Assembly (NCBI GenBank): GCA_965220765.1
Contig: OZ244847.1
Coordinates: 3,200,699 to 3,264,698 of the forward strand
Direction of reading: 5' to 3'
Source: Candidatus Latescibacterota bacterium
GTDB taxonomy: Bacteria; Latescibacterota; UBA2968
Length of the DNA: 64,000 nucleotides
Made by a program: the position numbers and the translations under genes. The number at the start of each line of letters is the position of its first letter. Position 1 is the stretch's first letter. The notes beneath the pieces were generated by a model. That model ran no database searches. It saw only the letters and a list, made by a program, of their open reading frames with translations, and had not been told where the DNA came from. This document shows positions 1 through 9,226 of the stretch, in pieces.

Positions 1-1085
1 TGTCCGATGGGTGAGACGCCTGAAATGTCGAGCACTGTTGCGGGTATATCGAGAGTATAGACAAAGGCGTCGGAGATCGTTCCGGTGCCTTTGTTTTGTG
101 GGTGTCGCAAAATCATTGGGATGCACATGGTGCCCGGATACATGTAGTCTGCGGGTTTGCCGATTATGCCTTCGGCATTGTCGGCGAAATTTGTGCCGTG
201 ATCGCTGAGGAAAATGACCAGGGTATTGTCTCGTAAGCCCACTCTGTGAATTGTATTGATCAGTCGTCCGAACCAGGTATCCACCATTGTGACGAGTCCG
301 GCGTAGTTGGCGCGAATAGAAGCGAGCCGGTCTTCATAGTCGGGATTGGCACTCACGGGACCATAAGGTACATTGAGACAAATAGGTTCTCTGTCTTCTC
401 GGCTACCATACAGGTCGTAGTAGTGGAGCGGTGCTTCCCATGTTTCGTGAGGGGTAAAGCTATCGACGTAGAGGTAAAAAGGCGTATTTGAAGCATTCTG
501 CTCGAGGAACTCAATGGCAGCGCGAAACGTCCGCGCTGCGGGCCAGGTCTCTTCGGGACGCTGGGGTTGTACATTGACCAGATGGGCGCGGATCAAATTC
601 TGAGGCTGGCCTTCTCTGAGCTTATAGCATTCGATCAATGCCGGGTCTGCTGCGGCTATGGCGCGATAGCGATCTTCTGCCTGACCGCGAATGAATTGCC
701 ATTGGCGGAAACCCCGGGTAAAATTCATTCCGGGGACAAAGTAATGGGGAACATCGGCAAAGAAACCGGTGTGATAACCACCTTGCACAAGTGCCTCGGC
801 GATCGTGCCCTCATCAGATGACATAGGCTGCCATCCGGCGAGATAGACATTGTCCCAGGGAACGGGACGGTAGTCTTTAAAGGGGAAGGCTCGGCGCCCG
901 GTGTGAAGGGTTCGCCGCGTCGGGATGGTAGGCAGGCATTCGGGATGGGCATTGGTGAAGCGCACGCCATCTTTGGCAAATTGGTCGAGATTTGGTGTAT
1001 GGATCCAGTCATTTCCATAAGCACCCAGAAATGATGTGCGAAACGTATCGGCCACGATGACGACGATGTTCATAGGGTCTGACAT
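1..1085 (-). CDS. Sulfatase-like hydrolase (alkaline phosphatase superfamily), N-terminal ~360 aa; C-terminus lies beyond the window start
   Basis: Reverse-strand translation begins MSDPMNIVVIVADTFR... and continues in frame to position 1 with sulfatase hallmarks (VIFLSDHGTNF, GKPADYMYPG). An AGGAG RBS lies upstream of the ATG at 1083-1085. It is missing from the ORF track only because no stop codon falls inside the window. The canonical C-x-P-x-R motif looks disrupted (CLPTIPTRR). Confidence 0.65.
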   Translation of the reverse strand, partial: MSDPMNIVVIVADTFRTSFLGAYGNDWIHTPNLDQFAKDGVRFTNAHPECLPTIPTRRTLHTGRRAFPFKDYRPVPWDNVYLAGWQPMSSDEGTIAEALVQGGYHTGFFADVPHYFVPGMNFTRGFRQWQFIRGQAEDRYRAIAAADPALIECYKLREGQPQNLIRAHLVNVQPQRPEETWPAARTFRAAIEFLEQNASNTPFYLYVDSFTPHETWEAPLHYYDLYGSREDREPICLNVPYGPVSANPDYEDRLASIRANYAGLVTMVDTWFGRLINTIHRVGLRDNTLVIFLSDHGTNFADNAEGIIGKPADYMYPGTMCIPMILRHPQNKGTGTISDAFVYTLDIPATVLDISGVSPIG

Positions 1086-1150
1086 TGAGAATCTCCTTTA
1101 GAAAGAGCAGTATGCAAGTGTATTGAAACTATGTTTTATCCAGGGGCGTT

Positions 1151-2179
1151 CTATGGCAGTTCATTACCCCAGGGAAAAGATTGCACTCTCAAAGAGCGAT
1201 CTACATCTGACAGAGCAATTTTCGCACTCCCTTGCTTTGAGGAATGGTGGATGGCAAATCCGATCTCTGTCGATCTGCGCGCCTGATTGATGTCACAGGC
1301 CGTGCGACCACCCGTTTTGATAGCTTGTAGGAGATCGCGCACCATTGCAGGTCCTGTAGGCCACGGGGCTTCGTCTGTGGGAAGACTGAGAGGTTGGTAC
1401 ACATCTTCTTGGCAGAGATGGACCTGCGTCGCGTCAGAGAGGATGGATAGATGACCTTTTGTTCCCGTGATTTGAAAACTGGGACCTTTGCCGCCATCCG
1501 CTGTGATGTAGGCGACTACGCCATTGTCCAGACCAATTTGAGCACGCGCAGGCGGATCGAGTTTGCGGCGTTCATCGTCTGAATCACCGTGGTCAATCAG
1601 GCCGCTGACCCATAAGGGTTCTGGATCGCCCAATAAACCCAGCAAGGCGTCGTACCAATGACAGCCGTGGTTGATGGTGTTGGGCAGGCCATAAGCGACG
1701 AGACTCGTGATGGTTCCGATGAGGCCGCTCATGTTCTCGCGAAGGTGGCGATAGGGGAGAGACCAGCGTCGGTCAAGGCCAAAGCAGAGAGGGATGTTTG
1801 CACATGCTGAGATGATACGATCCATTTCCGCAAGGGTTGTAGCCAGAGGCTTGTCGCAGAGGATACCCCGAACGCCTGCTGCGGTAGCGGCCTCAATCTG
1901 GTCGGCGTGCATGGTCTGGCGCGTGGCAATGCAGAGTACATCTGGTTTGATCTCTTTGAGCATGCGTTCATAGTCACCGAAAGTTGGGATATCGCCCCAA
2001 ACGTCCCGCCAGCAGGTGACAAATTCCGCTCGCGTTTCCGCGCCGTAATCGAATACCCCCACGATCTCCGTTTCCGGAATGGCTCGAAAAGCCGCGGCAA
2101 AATTGTGATGGGTCAAATCGCGCAGTAACATGCGATGGCAACCCGCAATGGCGATCCTCAGTGTGTTTTCTTTAGCCAT
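1151..2179 (-). CDS. Gfo/Idh/MocA family NAD(P)-dependent oxidoreductase
   Basis: N-terminal Rossmann fold (LRIAIAGCHRM...) and a typical Gfo/Idh/MocA C-terminal domain. 342-aa ORF directly downstream of the sulfatase-like gene on the same strand. Confidence 0.8.
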   Translation of the reverse strand: MAKENTLRIAIAGCHRMLLRDLTHHNFAAAFRAIPETEIVGVFDYGAETRAEFVTCWRDVWGDIPTFGDYERMLKEIKPDVLCIATRQTMHADQIEAATAAGVRGILCDKPLATTLAEMDRIISACANIPLCFGLDRRWSLPYRHLRENMSGLIGTITSLVAYGLPNTINHGCHWYDALLGLLGDPEPLWVSGLIDHGDSDDERRKLDPPARAQIGLDNGVVAYITADGGKGPSFQITGTKGHLSILSDATQVHLCQEDVYQPLSLPTDEAPWPTGPAMVRDLLQAIKTGGRTACDINQARRSTEIGFAIHHSSKQGSAKIALSDVDRSLRVQSFPWGNELP

Positions 2180-2364
2180 CTCTATGGCCCTCCTGTAAAC
2201 GCATTTTACGTATCGAAACCAAAGTAATATATCCGGCTATAAGAGTAAAGAACTGAAACACTGCGAATGCCAAATGAGATTCAGGACTTGCCCCACCCAT
2301 GATTTTGCTTATTTTTGTAGGCAATATATTCCAGAAGTAGTCACCTCAATATTGGAGTGTTAAT

Positions 2365-2805
2365 ATGGCAGTTAAACAGCTTGAACCCACAGCAGCAAAA
2401 GCTGCGATGGATGAAGCGGAAAATTCGGTTTATCTCGATGTGCGCACGGAAATGGAGTTTGCCCAGGGGCACCCCGAAGGCGCCATCAATATCCCCATTG
2501 CAGTCCCCGGCCCAGGGGGCATGGTGCCAAATCCCGATTTTTTGAATATTGTGCAAAAAACACTATCCGATAAAGAACAGCCCATTTTTTGTGGCTGTCA
2601 CAGTGGGATGCGTTCTCAGATGGCCGCGGATTTGATGGCGCGGTTGGGGTATTCGAATCTCGCCAATGTTCAGGGCGGCTTTGGCGGAAAAGTCGAAAAT
2701 GGCGTTCTCGTAGTGGTGGGATGGCGCGACTCCAATTTGCCTGTCGAAACCGATGTCAATGATTCCAATTCTTATGCGAGTATCAAGGCGCGGGCAGAGT
2801 CTTAG
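2365..2805 (+). CDS. Rhodanese-domain sulfurtransferase
   Basis: Single rhodanese domain with an active-site loop cysteine (FCGCHSGMRSQ). GGAG RBS upstream. Confidence 0.75.
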   Translation: MAVKQLEPTAAKAAMDEAENSVYLDVRTEMEFAQGHPEGAINIPIAVPGPGGMVPNPDFLNIVQKTLSDKEQPIFCGCHSGMRSQMAADLMARLGYSNLANVQGGFGGKVENGVLVVVGWRDSNLPVETDVNDSNSYASIKARAES

Positions 2806-2868
2806 GAAAGAGGGACATAGCCTGATTATTTCATTTGAAGGAGAATAGAATATCGTTCTCCTTTTATT

Positions 2869-3936
2869 TTGTGGCAGAGTGGTTTACGAGTGATTAAAGC
2901 AAAAGATACACAAGCGCGTGAAGCATTTGTTGCAGCAGCAGATTTGCAGACCGGCACTCAGGTCCTGGATCTCGGCTGGGAGGGAGACTGTCTCGAATGC
3001 TTACAGAAAACAGGTGCTCGGGTGACTTTCGTGGGGGAGGATATTCGCGCTGTGCAAAAGGCAGAAGCACTTCTGATAAATGGGGTGCTCAGTGCAATGC
3101 CAGCACAGGTGATTACCGACGCGCGTGTCGTATTTTACAAACCTGCACAGAGATCTGCCAAGGGTCAGGTCTTTGAGTGGATTGATCAGGGCTTTCGGGT
3201 ACTTGAAATGGGTGGCGTGCTTTATCTGGCAGGGCAACGAAATCGCGGCATTAGAAGTTATGCCGCATATTTACAGGCGGTTTTTGGCAATAGCAAACGC
3301 GCAGGGCGCGTGGGCAGAGTGGAAATTTATAGCGCAAAAAAGGAGCAGAACGATCCTTGCCAAGCACCAGTTGACAATCGAATGACATTTGAATTGCGCG
3401 ATTTGCCGGGCAGCCCATACAGTGTTGAAACCCGTGCGGGCGTTTTTTCACAAGATGGACTTGATGACGGAACGAGGTTACTGATCGACTCTATGGAAGT
3501 CCGTCCCACAGACCAGGTGCTGGACTGGGGATGTGGCTGGGGCGCACTCGGCATGGTTGCTGCGCGTCTATCTGCAAAAGGCAACGCAACGCTCGTCGAT
3601 TCAAATATTCGCGCTGTTTCTTGCGCAAAAAGAAATTTGAGGCGAAATCGAATTTGCAATGCAGTGGTGCATGTGGAAGATGCTCGGGTTCTTGACCGGC
3701 GCGAAAAATTCGATCTGATTGTTTCCAATCCGCCCTTTCACGATGGCAATTTAGCGGCACACCCCCTTATAGAAGGTGCTTTTCGGGCATTGCGACCAGG
3801 AGGGCGTTTGATGCTTGTTGTGATGCGTCCAGAAGCGTATTTGAAACACATCCACAGGATTTTTGGGAAGGGGAGGGGAAATATCATGGCTCAAAAAGAT
3901 GGATATGTCGTTCTCCATGCCCATATAGGGAACTAA
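2869..3936 (+). CDS. Class I SAM-dependent methyltransferase, RsmC/RlmG-like rRNA (guanine-N2) methyltransferase
   Basis: SAM-binding motif VLDWGCGWGALG and the NPPFH catalytic motif typical of N2-G/N6-A methyltransferases. TTG start according to the track. Confidence 0.65.
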   Translation: MWQSGLRVIKAKDTQAREAFVAAADLQTGTQVLDLGWEGDCLECLQKTGARVTFVGEDIRAVQKAEALLINGVLSAMPAQVITDARVVFYKPAQRSAKGQVFEWIDQGFRVLEMGGVLYLAGQRNRGIRSYAAYLQAVFGNSKRAGRVGRVEIYSAKKEQNDPCQAPVDNRMTFELRDLPGSPYSVETRAGVFSQDGLDDGTRLLIDSMEVRPTDQVLDWGCGWGALGMVAARLSAKGNATLVDSNIRAVSCAKRNLRRNRICNAVVHVEDARVLDRREKFDLIVSNPPFHDGNLAAHPLIEGAFRALRPGGRLMLVVMRPEAYLKHIHRIFGKGRGNIMAQKDGYVVLHAHIGN

Positions 3937-3989
3937 TGTATTATATAGGCGTTTATCGAAATGAAGTATAAGGTCTGATAGTTGGACAC

Positions 3990-4059
3990 GGGTTTCCGCA
4001 CGTGTTCGGTCTGGTCCCCTCCCACCAGATTGGGACGTCTCGCGGAAGCCCGCTTTTTT
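3990..4059 (+). terminator. Long nested hairpin plus T-run (rho-independent terminator downstream of the methyltransferase gene)
   Basis: A 10-bp outer stem GGGTTTCCGC/GCGGAAGCCC (one G-U pair) encloses an inner hairpin TCTGGT-cccctccc-ACCAGA. It is followed by GCTTTTTT. Confidence 0.5.
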
Positions 4060-4109
4060 ATGATTGACACATCCAGTTTCAGAGCGTTAATTCTCACCCT
4101 TCAAAAGGC

Positions 4110-4138
4110 TTGACAGCCCGGAACTCCGGTTGTATTCT
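4110..4138 (+). promoter_or_regulatory. Sigma70-like promoter upstream of the coxMSL-like operon
   Basis: TTGACA, a 17-nt spacer, then TATTCT. Located about 100 nt upstream of the Shine-Dalgarno sequence and start of the FAD subunit gene. Confidence 0.35.
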
Positions 4139-4240
4139 TAGCTTCTTAGCAATATCCAAAAGTATCCGCAGATGACCCCTGTGAAAATAGGTAATGAACG
4201 CAGAATAAAATCTGTGGTTTTAATAAAGAGGAGGAAAATT

Positions 4241-5116
4241 TTGAACGCATTTGATTATGAAGCGCCCCAGTCTGTAGATGAAGCTATTTCTCTGCTCAGC
4301 GCGGGAAATGGCAATGTCGGCATTCTGGCGGGCGGCACGGACTTGATCGCGCAGTTGAAGGAGGGGCGCAAGATCGATTTGATGCTCGATCTCAAGCAGA
4401 TTCCCGAAGCAACGGCGTTGAGTTTTGATGAGGACAGCGGTTTGTCTATTGGCGCCGCAACATCTTGCTCCAAAATTTACGGTTACGATGTTGTCCAAAG
4501 CCGTTATCCCGCTCTTGTAGATTGTACTTCGCTCATCGGTTCTATTCAGATTCAAAATCGCGGAACAGTTGGGGGCAATTTCTGCAATGCCTCGCCCGCA
4601 GCGGACACCCCACCTGCTGTCATTGTTCTGGGCAGCACATGTCGTATTGCGGGGCCAAATGGCACGCGTGAAGTAGCCGCAGAGGATTTCTTTACCGGTC
4701 CCGGGCAAAGTGTTCTTCAATCCGGCGAGTTTCTCGTTTCTATTCAGGTGCCAACGCCTGCTGCCAATTCGGGGGCGTTTTTCCTGCGATTCATTCCACG
4801 CAATGAAATGGATATTGCTGTGGCCAATGCTGCTGCATCTGTGGTTTTGGACAGCGAGAAAACGATCATTCAAGAGGCGCGGGTGGCTATTGGTGCCGTC
4901 GCACCCACGCCCTTGCTCGTTGCCGATGCAGGCGCAGCACTCGTGGGAAAATCGGTAGATGATGAAGATGCAATAGCTGCGGCGTGCGCGGCATCGCGCG
5001 CCGCAGCCAGGCCTATTAGCGATATGCGGGGAACTATCGAACAGCGGATACACCTGTCCGGCGTTTTGACGCGCCGCGCCATTCAGGGAGCCATTCAGAG
5101 AGCAAAGGAGTCTTGA
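4241..5116 (+). CDS. FAD-binding subunit (CoxM/XdhB-like) of a xanthine dehydrogenase-family molybdoenzyme
   Basis: FAD-binding domain of the molybdopterin-dehydrogenase family (AGGTDLIAQLKEG). The start is placed at the TTG at 4241 because a strong AGGAGG RBS lies 7 nt upstream. The track's ATG at 4172 is in frame but has no RBS. Confidence 0.75.
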   Translation: MNAFDYEAPQSVDEAISLLSAGNGNVGILAGGTDLIAQLKEGRKIDLMLDLKQIPEATALSFDEDSGLSIGAATSCSKIYGYDVVQSRYPALVDCTSLIGSIQIQNRGTVGGNFCNASPAADTPPAVIVLGSTCRIAGPNGTREVAAEDFFTGPGQSVLQSGEFLVSIQVPTPAANSGAFFLRFIPRNEMDIAVANAAASVVLDSEKTIIQEARVAIGAVAPTPLLVADAGAALVGKSVDDEDAIAAACAASRAAARPISDMRGTIEQRIHLSGVLTRRAIQGAIQRAKES

Positions 5117-5120
5117 TCAC

Positions 5121-5597
5121 ATGCCAGGAAAAGTTCACGTTACAACGACAATTAATGGAGAATCAGTCGAGTTTTTGTGCGAACCTCGGCAGACAATTCT
5201 CGAAGTTTTGCGGGATCAACTCGATCTTACGGGCACGAAAGAGGGTTGCAGCAATGGCAACTGCGGCGCGTGCAGCATATTGGTCAATGGAGAGGTTATC
5301 GATTCTTGCCTGATGATGGGTGTAGAAGCTGATGGACAGGAAATTATAACTATCGAAGGTGTTGCAAGTGCCGATGGTTTGCATCCTCTGCAGCAGAAAT
5401 TTCTCGAACACGCAGCCCTTCAGTGCGGCATTTGCACGCCGGGCTTTATTGTAGCTGCTAAGGCATTGCTCGATCAAGAGTCTGATCCTTCGGAAGAACG
5501 CATTCGGTTATACTTAGCGGGGAATTTGTGCCGTTGCACGGGGTATGACAAAATCGTTCGCGCGGTGCAAGACGCCGCGTCTGAAATGGCCGAATAG
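5121..5597 (+). CDS. [2Fe-2S] iron-sulfur subunit (CoxS-like)
   Basis: Plant-type ferredoxin cysteine motif CSNGNCGAC and a second cluster motif CGICTPGF...CRCTGY. 158 aa. Confidence 0.85.
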   Translation: MPGKVHVTTTINGESVEFLCEPRQTILEVLRDQLDLTGTKEGCSNGNCGACSILVNGEVIDSCLMMGVEADGQEIITIEGVASADGLHPLQQKFLEHAALQCGICTPGFIVAAKALLDQESDPSEERIRLYLAGNLCRCTGYDKIVRAVQDAASEMAE

Positions 5598-5612
5598 GGA
5601 GGTGATCCCATA

Positions 5613-7907
5613 ATGGCGACAAAAACAGAAGATTATTTGGGGATTAAGGATTACAAAGTTATTGGCACCCGTCCGATCCGACACGATGGCGTCGATAAAG
5701 TCATCGGACGAGCCAAATACGGTGCAGATATCGATATGGCGGGTATGTTGCACGGGGCTGTTGTGCGCAGTCCGCACGCACATGCCAGGATTAAATCGAT
5801 AGATACGAGCAAGGCAGAAGCGCTTGCAGGTGTAAAAGCCGTGATCACGGTTGAAGACCTGCCATTGCAAGAAGACAAAATTGAAGACCTGGGTGAAGGC
5901 GCTGCCAATCTCCAGCATCTACGCGCAAATGTACTGGCCGATGGCAAAGTATTGTACCACGGACATGCAGTGGCTGCGGTTGCGGCAACAGATATTCACA
6001 CGGCGCAAGAAGCCGTCGATTTAATCGATGTCGAATACGAGGTGTTGCAACCCGTTCTAACTGTCCAGGAAGCCATGAAAAAGGACGCGCCTTTACTTCT
6101 GGAAAACCAGACCACTGAGTCGCTCGGCGAAGATACGGGACAAAAGAGCAATGTGTGTACCCATTTTCGCCACGAATTGGGCGACGTGGAGAAGGGATTT
6201 GCAGAGGCGGAACTCGTCATTGAGCGAGAATTTGATACTGCGACGGTTCACCAGGGGTATATTGAGCCGCAAAATGCCACAGCCCTGTGGAGTGCCGATG
6301 ATCAGATCACGGTGTGGTGCAGCACGCAGGGCGCATTTACAGTGCGTGAACAGACCGCACAGATATTAGATGTGTCAGTTTCACAGGTCAAAGTCGTTCC
6401 CATGGAAATCGGCGGTGGATTTGGGGGTAAAATTCGGATTTATCTCGAACCTCTGGCCGCGATTCTGTCGAAAAAGACAGGGCGCCCTGTCAAGATGGTC
6501 ATGAGCCGCACAGAAGTTTTGCAGGCTACTGGACCAACCGCTGGCTCTTTTATCAAGTGCAAAATGGGGGTTGACAAAGCGGGTAAGATTGTCGCCGCAT
6601 ATGCGTATATGGCGTATGAGTCGGGTGGTTTCCCCGGTAGTTGGGCAGCTCCAGGCGCCATGTGCATTTTCGCACCCTACAATATTCCCAATGTGTTGAT
6701 TGACGGGTACGAGGTGCTGGTCAACAAACCGCAGACCATGGCTTATCGGGCACCCGGCGCGACCAATGCCGCTTTTGCTTCAGAAACAATTATCGATGAG
6801 CTTTGCGAGCAATTGGATGTTGATCCTCTCGAGTTTCGGCTCAAAAACTCTGCCAGAGAAGGCACGCGCCGCGCAGACGGTCCGGTTTATCCGCGAATTG
6901 GTAATGAGGAATGTGTCCAAACAGCCCTGTCTTCAGAGCACTACGCGACGCAACTCAATGGCAAAAACCGGGGGCGCGGGATTGCATCGGGTTTCTGGTT
7001 CAACGTGGGTTTGAAGTCGAGTGCTGCTGCCAGCGTAAATTCCGATGGCACGGTCAGTCTGGTCGAGGGTTCTACGGATATTGGCGGAACCCGAACGTCT
7101 ATTGCGATGCAATTGGCCGAAGTACTCGGTATCCGGGCCGAAGATGTCAAGCCACAGGTGGCTGATACGGATTCTATCGGCGATACGGATGTGACTGGGG
7201 GAAGTCGCACGACATTTGCTACGGGGTGGGCGGCCTATCAGTGCGCCCTGGATATCAAGGAGCAGTTGATTGAACGCGCGGCAAAATTGTGGGAGATTTC
7301 GACTGATGATGTGGTTTTTGACGATGGTACATTTTCATCATCTGATTCTTCTAAAACCCTATCGTTCAAAGAATTGGCCGGAATGCTTGACGAAACCGGC
7401 GGTCCCGTTATGGGTAGGGCAACCGTAAATCCGTCCGGCGTGGGCGGTGCTTTTGCGGTAATGATTGTCGATATTGAGGTCGATACCGAAACGGGTAAAG
7501 TGGAGATTTTGCGCGTCTCTGTGATTCAAGATGCTGGCAAGGCTGTTTATCCCAGTTACGTCGAAGGACAAATGCAGGGGGGTATAGCGCAGGGTATTGG
7601 CTGGGCACTCAACGAAGAATACGCCTATAATCGGGATGGACTTTTGACAAATGCGAGTTTACTCGATTATCGGATGCCCACGTGTCTCGATTTGCCCATG
7701 ATTGAAACCCATATCGTCGAAGTGCCAAATCCCGGCCATCCCTATGGTGTGCGAGGGGTGGGGGAGGTACCGATTGTTCCGCCTGCCGCAGCAATTGCAA
7801 ATGCGATTTACGATGCTGTGGGCGTGAGAATGACGAATTTGCCCATGTCGCCAGGCGAAGTTCTCAAAGCGTTGTGGTCCCAAAATGGGGAGAATGAGAC
7901 AGCCTGA
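5613..7907 (+). CDS. Molybdopterin-binding large subunit (CoxL/aldehyde oxidase-xanthine dehydrogenase family)
   Basis: 764 aa covering the a/b hammerhead and molybdopterin-binding domains. The active-site loop reads MAYRAPGATN, not the form-I CODH VAYRCSFR motif. Confidence 0.8.
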   Translation: MATKTEDYLGIKDYKVIGTRPIRHDGVDKVIGRAKYGADIDMAGMLHGAVVRSPHAHARIKSIDTSKAEALAGVKAVITVEDLPLQEDKIEDLGEGAANLQHLRANVLADGKVLYHGHAVAAVAATDIHTAQEAVDLIDVEYEVLQPVLTVQEAMKKDAPLLLENQTTESLGEDTGQKSNVCTHFRHELGDVEKGFAEAELVIEREFDTATVHQGYIEPQNATALWSADDQITVWCSTQGAFTVREQTAQILDVSVSQVKVVPMEIGGGFGGKIRIYLEPLAAILSKKTGRPVKMVMSRTEVLQATGPTAGSFIKCKMGVDKAGKIVAAYAYMAYESGGFPGSWAAPGAMCIFAPYNIPNVLIDGYEVLVNKPQTMAYRAPGATNAAFASETIIDELCEQLDVDPLEFRLKNSAREGTRRADGPVYPRIGNEECVQTALSSEHYATQLNGKNRGRGIASGFWFNVGLKSSAAASVNSDGTVSLVEGSTDIGGTRTSIAMQLAEVLGIRAEDVKPQVADTDSIGDTDVTGGSRTTFATGWAAYQCALDIKEQLIERAAKLWEISTDDVVFDDGTFSSSDSSKTLSFKELAGMLDETGGPVMGRATVNPSGVGGAFAVMIVDIEVDTETGKVEILRVSVIQDAGKAVYPSYVEGQMQGGIAQGIGWALNEEYAYNRDGLLTNASLLDYRMPTCLDLPMIETHIVEVPNPGHPYGVRGVGEVPIVPPAAAIANAIYDAVGVRMTNLPMSPGEVLKALWSQNGENETA

Positions 7908-7933
7908 GATGAATCCAATCCAAAGGGGGTAAC

Positions 7934-8527
7934 ATGAATCGAGTGATTTCAATATTAGCTGCCTGGGGACTGGCAGCCCTGATGGTGCTGTGTGTTCCTC
8001 AGATGGCCAATGCCCTGGGATTGGGGGTCAAAGCGGGTGTGAGTCTGACGCGCGAACAGCAGTTTGATACCTTTTATGGCATGGGGGGGCAATTTGACTC
8101 TCACCGATGGATGCTTGGAGGCAATCTCGATCTGGGATCCATTATATTACCCAAATTGCATCTGCTGCCGGGCATGGATATCGCAGTACAGGAAAATTTG
8201 CGCGTTTATGTCGTCAACCTGGATGTCGTTTACTTTTTTCATCAATCTCCGGTCGGGCGGGCCTATGTGGGGGGTGGTTTTGGAACCCACTTCTTTCGCC
8301 CAAAAGACGCAATAGAGCCAGATGTATTAGTAGTAGAAGCATCTGAAGATATCGTCCTTGAAGGACCGCAACCCGATACCAAAATCAGCGTAAATATACC
8401 ATTGGGGTATCGGCGCAAATTGGGGCCGGGGTTGTCCTGGTTTGGCGAGATGAAACTCATCATTGCCGACGATGAGAAAGATAGCGCATTGCAATTCACA
8501 ATTGGTTTTCACTTTGGTAACGAATAG
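7934..8527 (+). CDS. Hypothetical secreted/outer-membrane beta-barrel-like protein
   Basis: N-terminal signal peptide (ILAAWGLAALMVLCVPQMANA) followed by alternating hydrophobic beta-strand-like segments. No recognisable family. Confidence 0.4.
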   Translation: MNRVISILAAWGLAALMVLCVPQMANALGLGVKAGVSLTREQQFDTFYGMGGQFDSHRWMLGGNLDLGSIILPKLHLLPGMDIAVQENLRVYVVNLDVVYFFHQSPVGRAYVGGGFGTHFFRPKDAIEPDVLVVEASEDIVLEGPQPDTKISVNIPLGYRRKLGPGLSWFGEMKLIIADDEKDSALQFTIGFHFGNE

Positions 8528-8536
8528 GAAGGATTT

Positions 8537-8635
8537 ATGGCGAGTAGTGAACGCAGAAAAGAGCTTCGCCGAAGGCGACAGAGGCGAAAAAAACGCCTTA
8601 AAGCACGTCGTCGAGAAGGTAGAAGTGGGAAGTAA
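8537..8635 (+). CDS. Possible 32-aa extremely basic small protein (MASSERRKELRRRRQRRKKRLKARRREGRSGK)
   Basis: ATG preceded by a GGAAGG RBS, 10 nt after the stop of the upstream gene. Too short to appear in the ORF track. 17 of 32 residues are Arg or Lys. Confidence 0.25.
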   Translation: MASSERRKELRRRRQRRKKRLKARRREGRSGK

Positions 8636-8761
8636 GAACTAATAATAGGCATGGCGATTAAAACGAAATAAATAATAAGAACCCTTGCCATATATGCGAT
8701 TTTTTGTACATTAGTATGGAATAAATCAGACCCGCAGTGTCATTTTTCAGGAGGTTTTTCA

Positions 8762-9127
8762 ATGGCTAATCCCAAAGTCATCGCCTATTTGAAGCCAGTC
8801 TGTGGTTGGAGCGGTGGTGTGCGCGCTGTTCTGGCAAAATATGGGCTGGAGTACGAAGACCGCGATATTATTAACAATCCCAATAACTATCGCGAGATGG
8901 TTATGAAGAGTGGGCAACCCTTACAGCCTTGCGTGCAGGTTGGGGATACGATGCTGGCTGATATCAGCGGTGATGAGTTGGAAGGTTGGTTAGTCGCAAA
9001 TGGGTACCAACCGGCAGGTCCAGACGCAACGGTTCCGACAGATCGTTCCTGTACAGATGAAGAACATGAAGCAATGGCGCGCGCAGCACAGCAACCGACC
9101 ATTGCCAACCCTCACTTTGGTAGATAA
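8762..9127 (+). CDS. Glutaredoxin-like thioredoxin-fold protein (CxxS motif)
   Basis: KVIAYLKPVCGWSGGV... matches a glutaredoxin-type fold and monothiol-like motif. AGGAGG RBS. Confidence 0.55.
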   Translation: MANPKVIAYLKPVCGWSGGVRAVLAKYGLEYEDRDIINNPNNYREMVMKSGQPLQPCVQVGDTMLADISGDELEGWLVANGYQPAGPDATVPTDRSCTDEEHEAMARAAQQPTIANPHFGR

Positions 9128-9154
9128 AAACAAGGTGATGGTTTTTTACAGCGA

Positions 9155-9184
9155 GGCGATCCTCAGGGGTCGCCTTTTTCTTTT
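9155..9184 (+). terminator. Rho-independent terminator after the glutaredoxin-like gene
   Basis: GGCGA-loop-TCGCC hairpin followed by TTTTTCTTTT. Confidence 0.45.
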
Positions 9185-9226
9185 GTGCGAATAGAAGCCA
9201 TTTGCAGGTACTTGTATTTTTAGATT

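Noticed and set aside
4172-4240. ATG at 4172 as the start of the FAD subunit
   Set aside because: It has no Shine-Dalgarno sequence. The TTG at 4241 has a strong AGGAGG RBS at the optimal spacing and gives a typical CoxM N-terminus. Kept as an alternative, not excluded.
4220-5053. 277-aa minus-strand ORF
   Set aside because: It is entirely antisense to the well-supported FAD-subunit gene. Its sequence is low-complexity and Arg/Cys-rich. It is a shadow ORF of a GC-rich coding region.
5613-7907. Annotation as aerobic carbon monoxide dehydrogenase (CoxL form I)
   Set aside because: The active-site loop lacks the CSFR cysteine motif, and no coxDEF-type accessory genes are adjacent.
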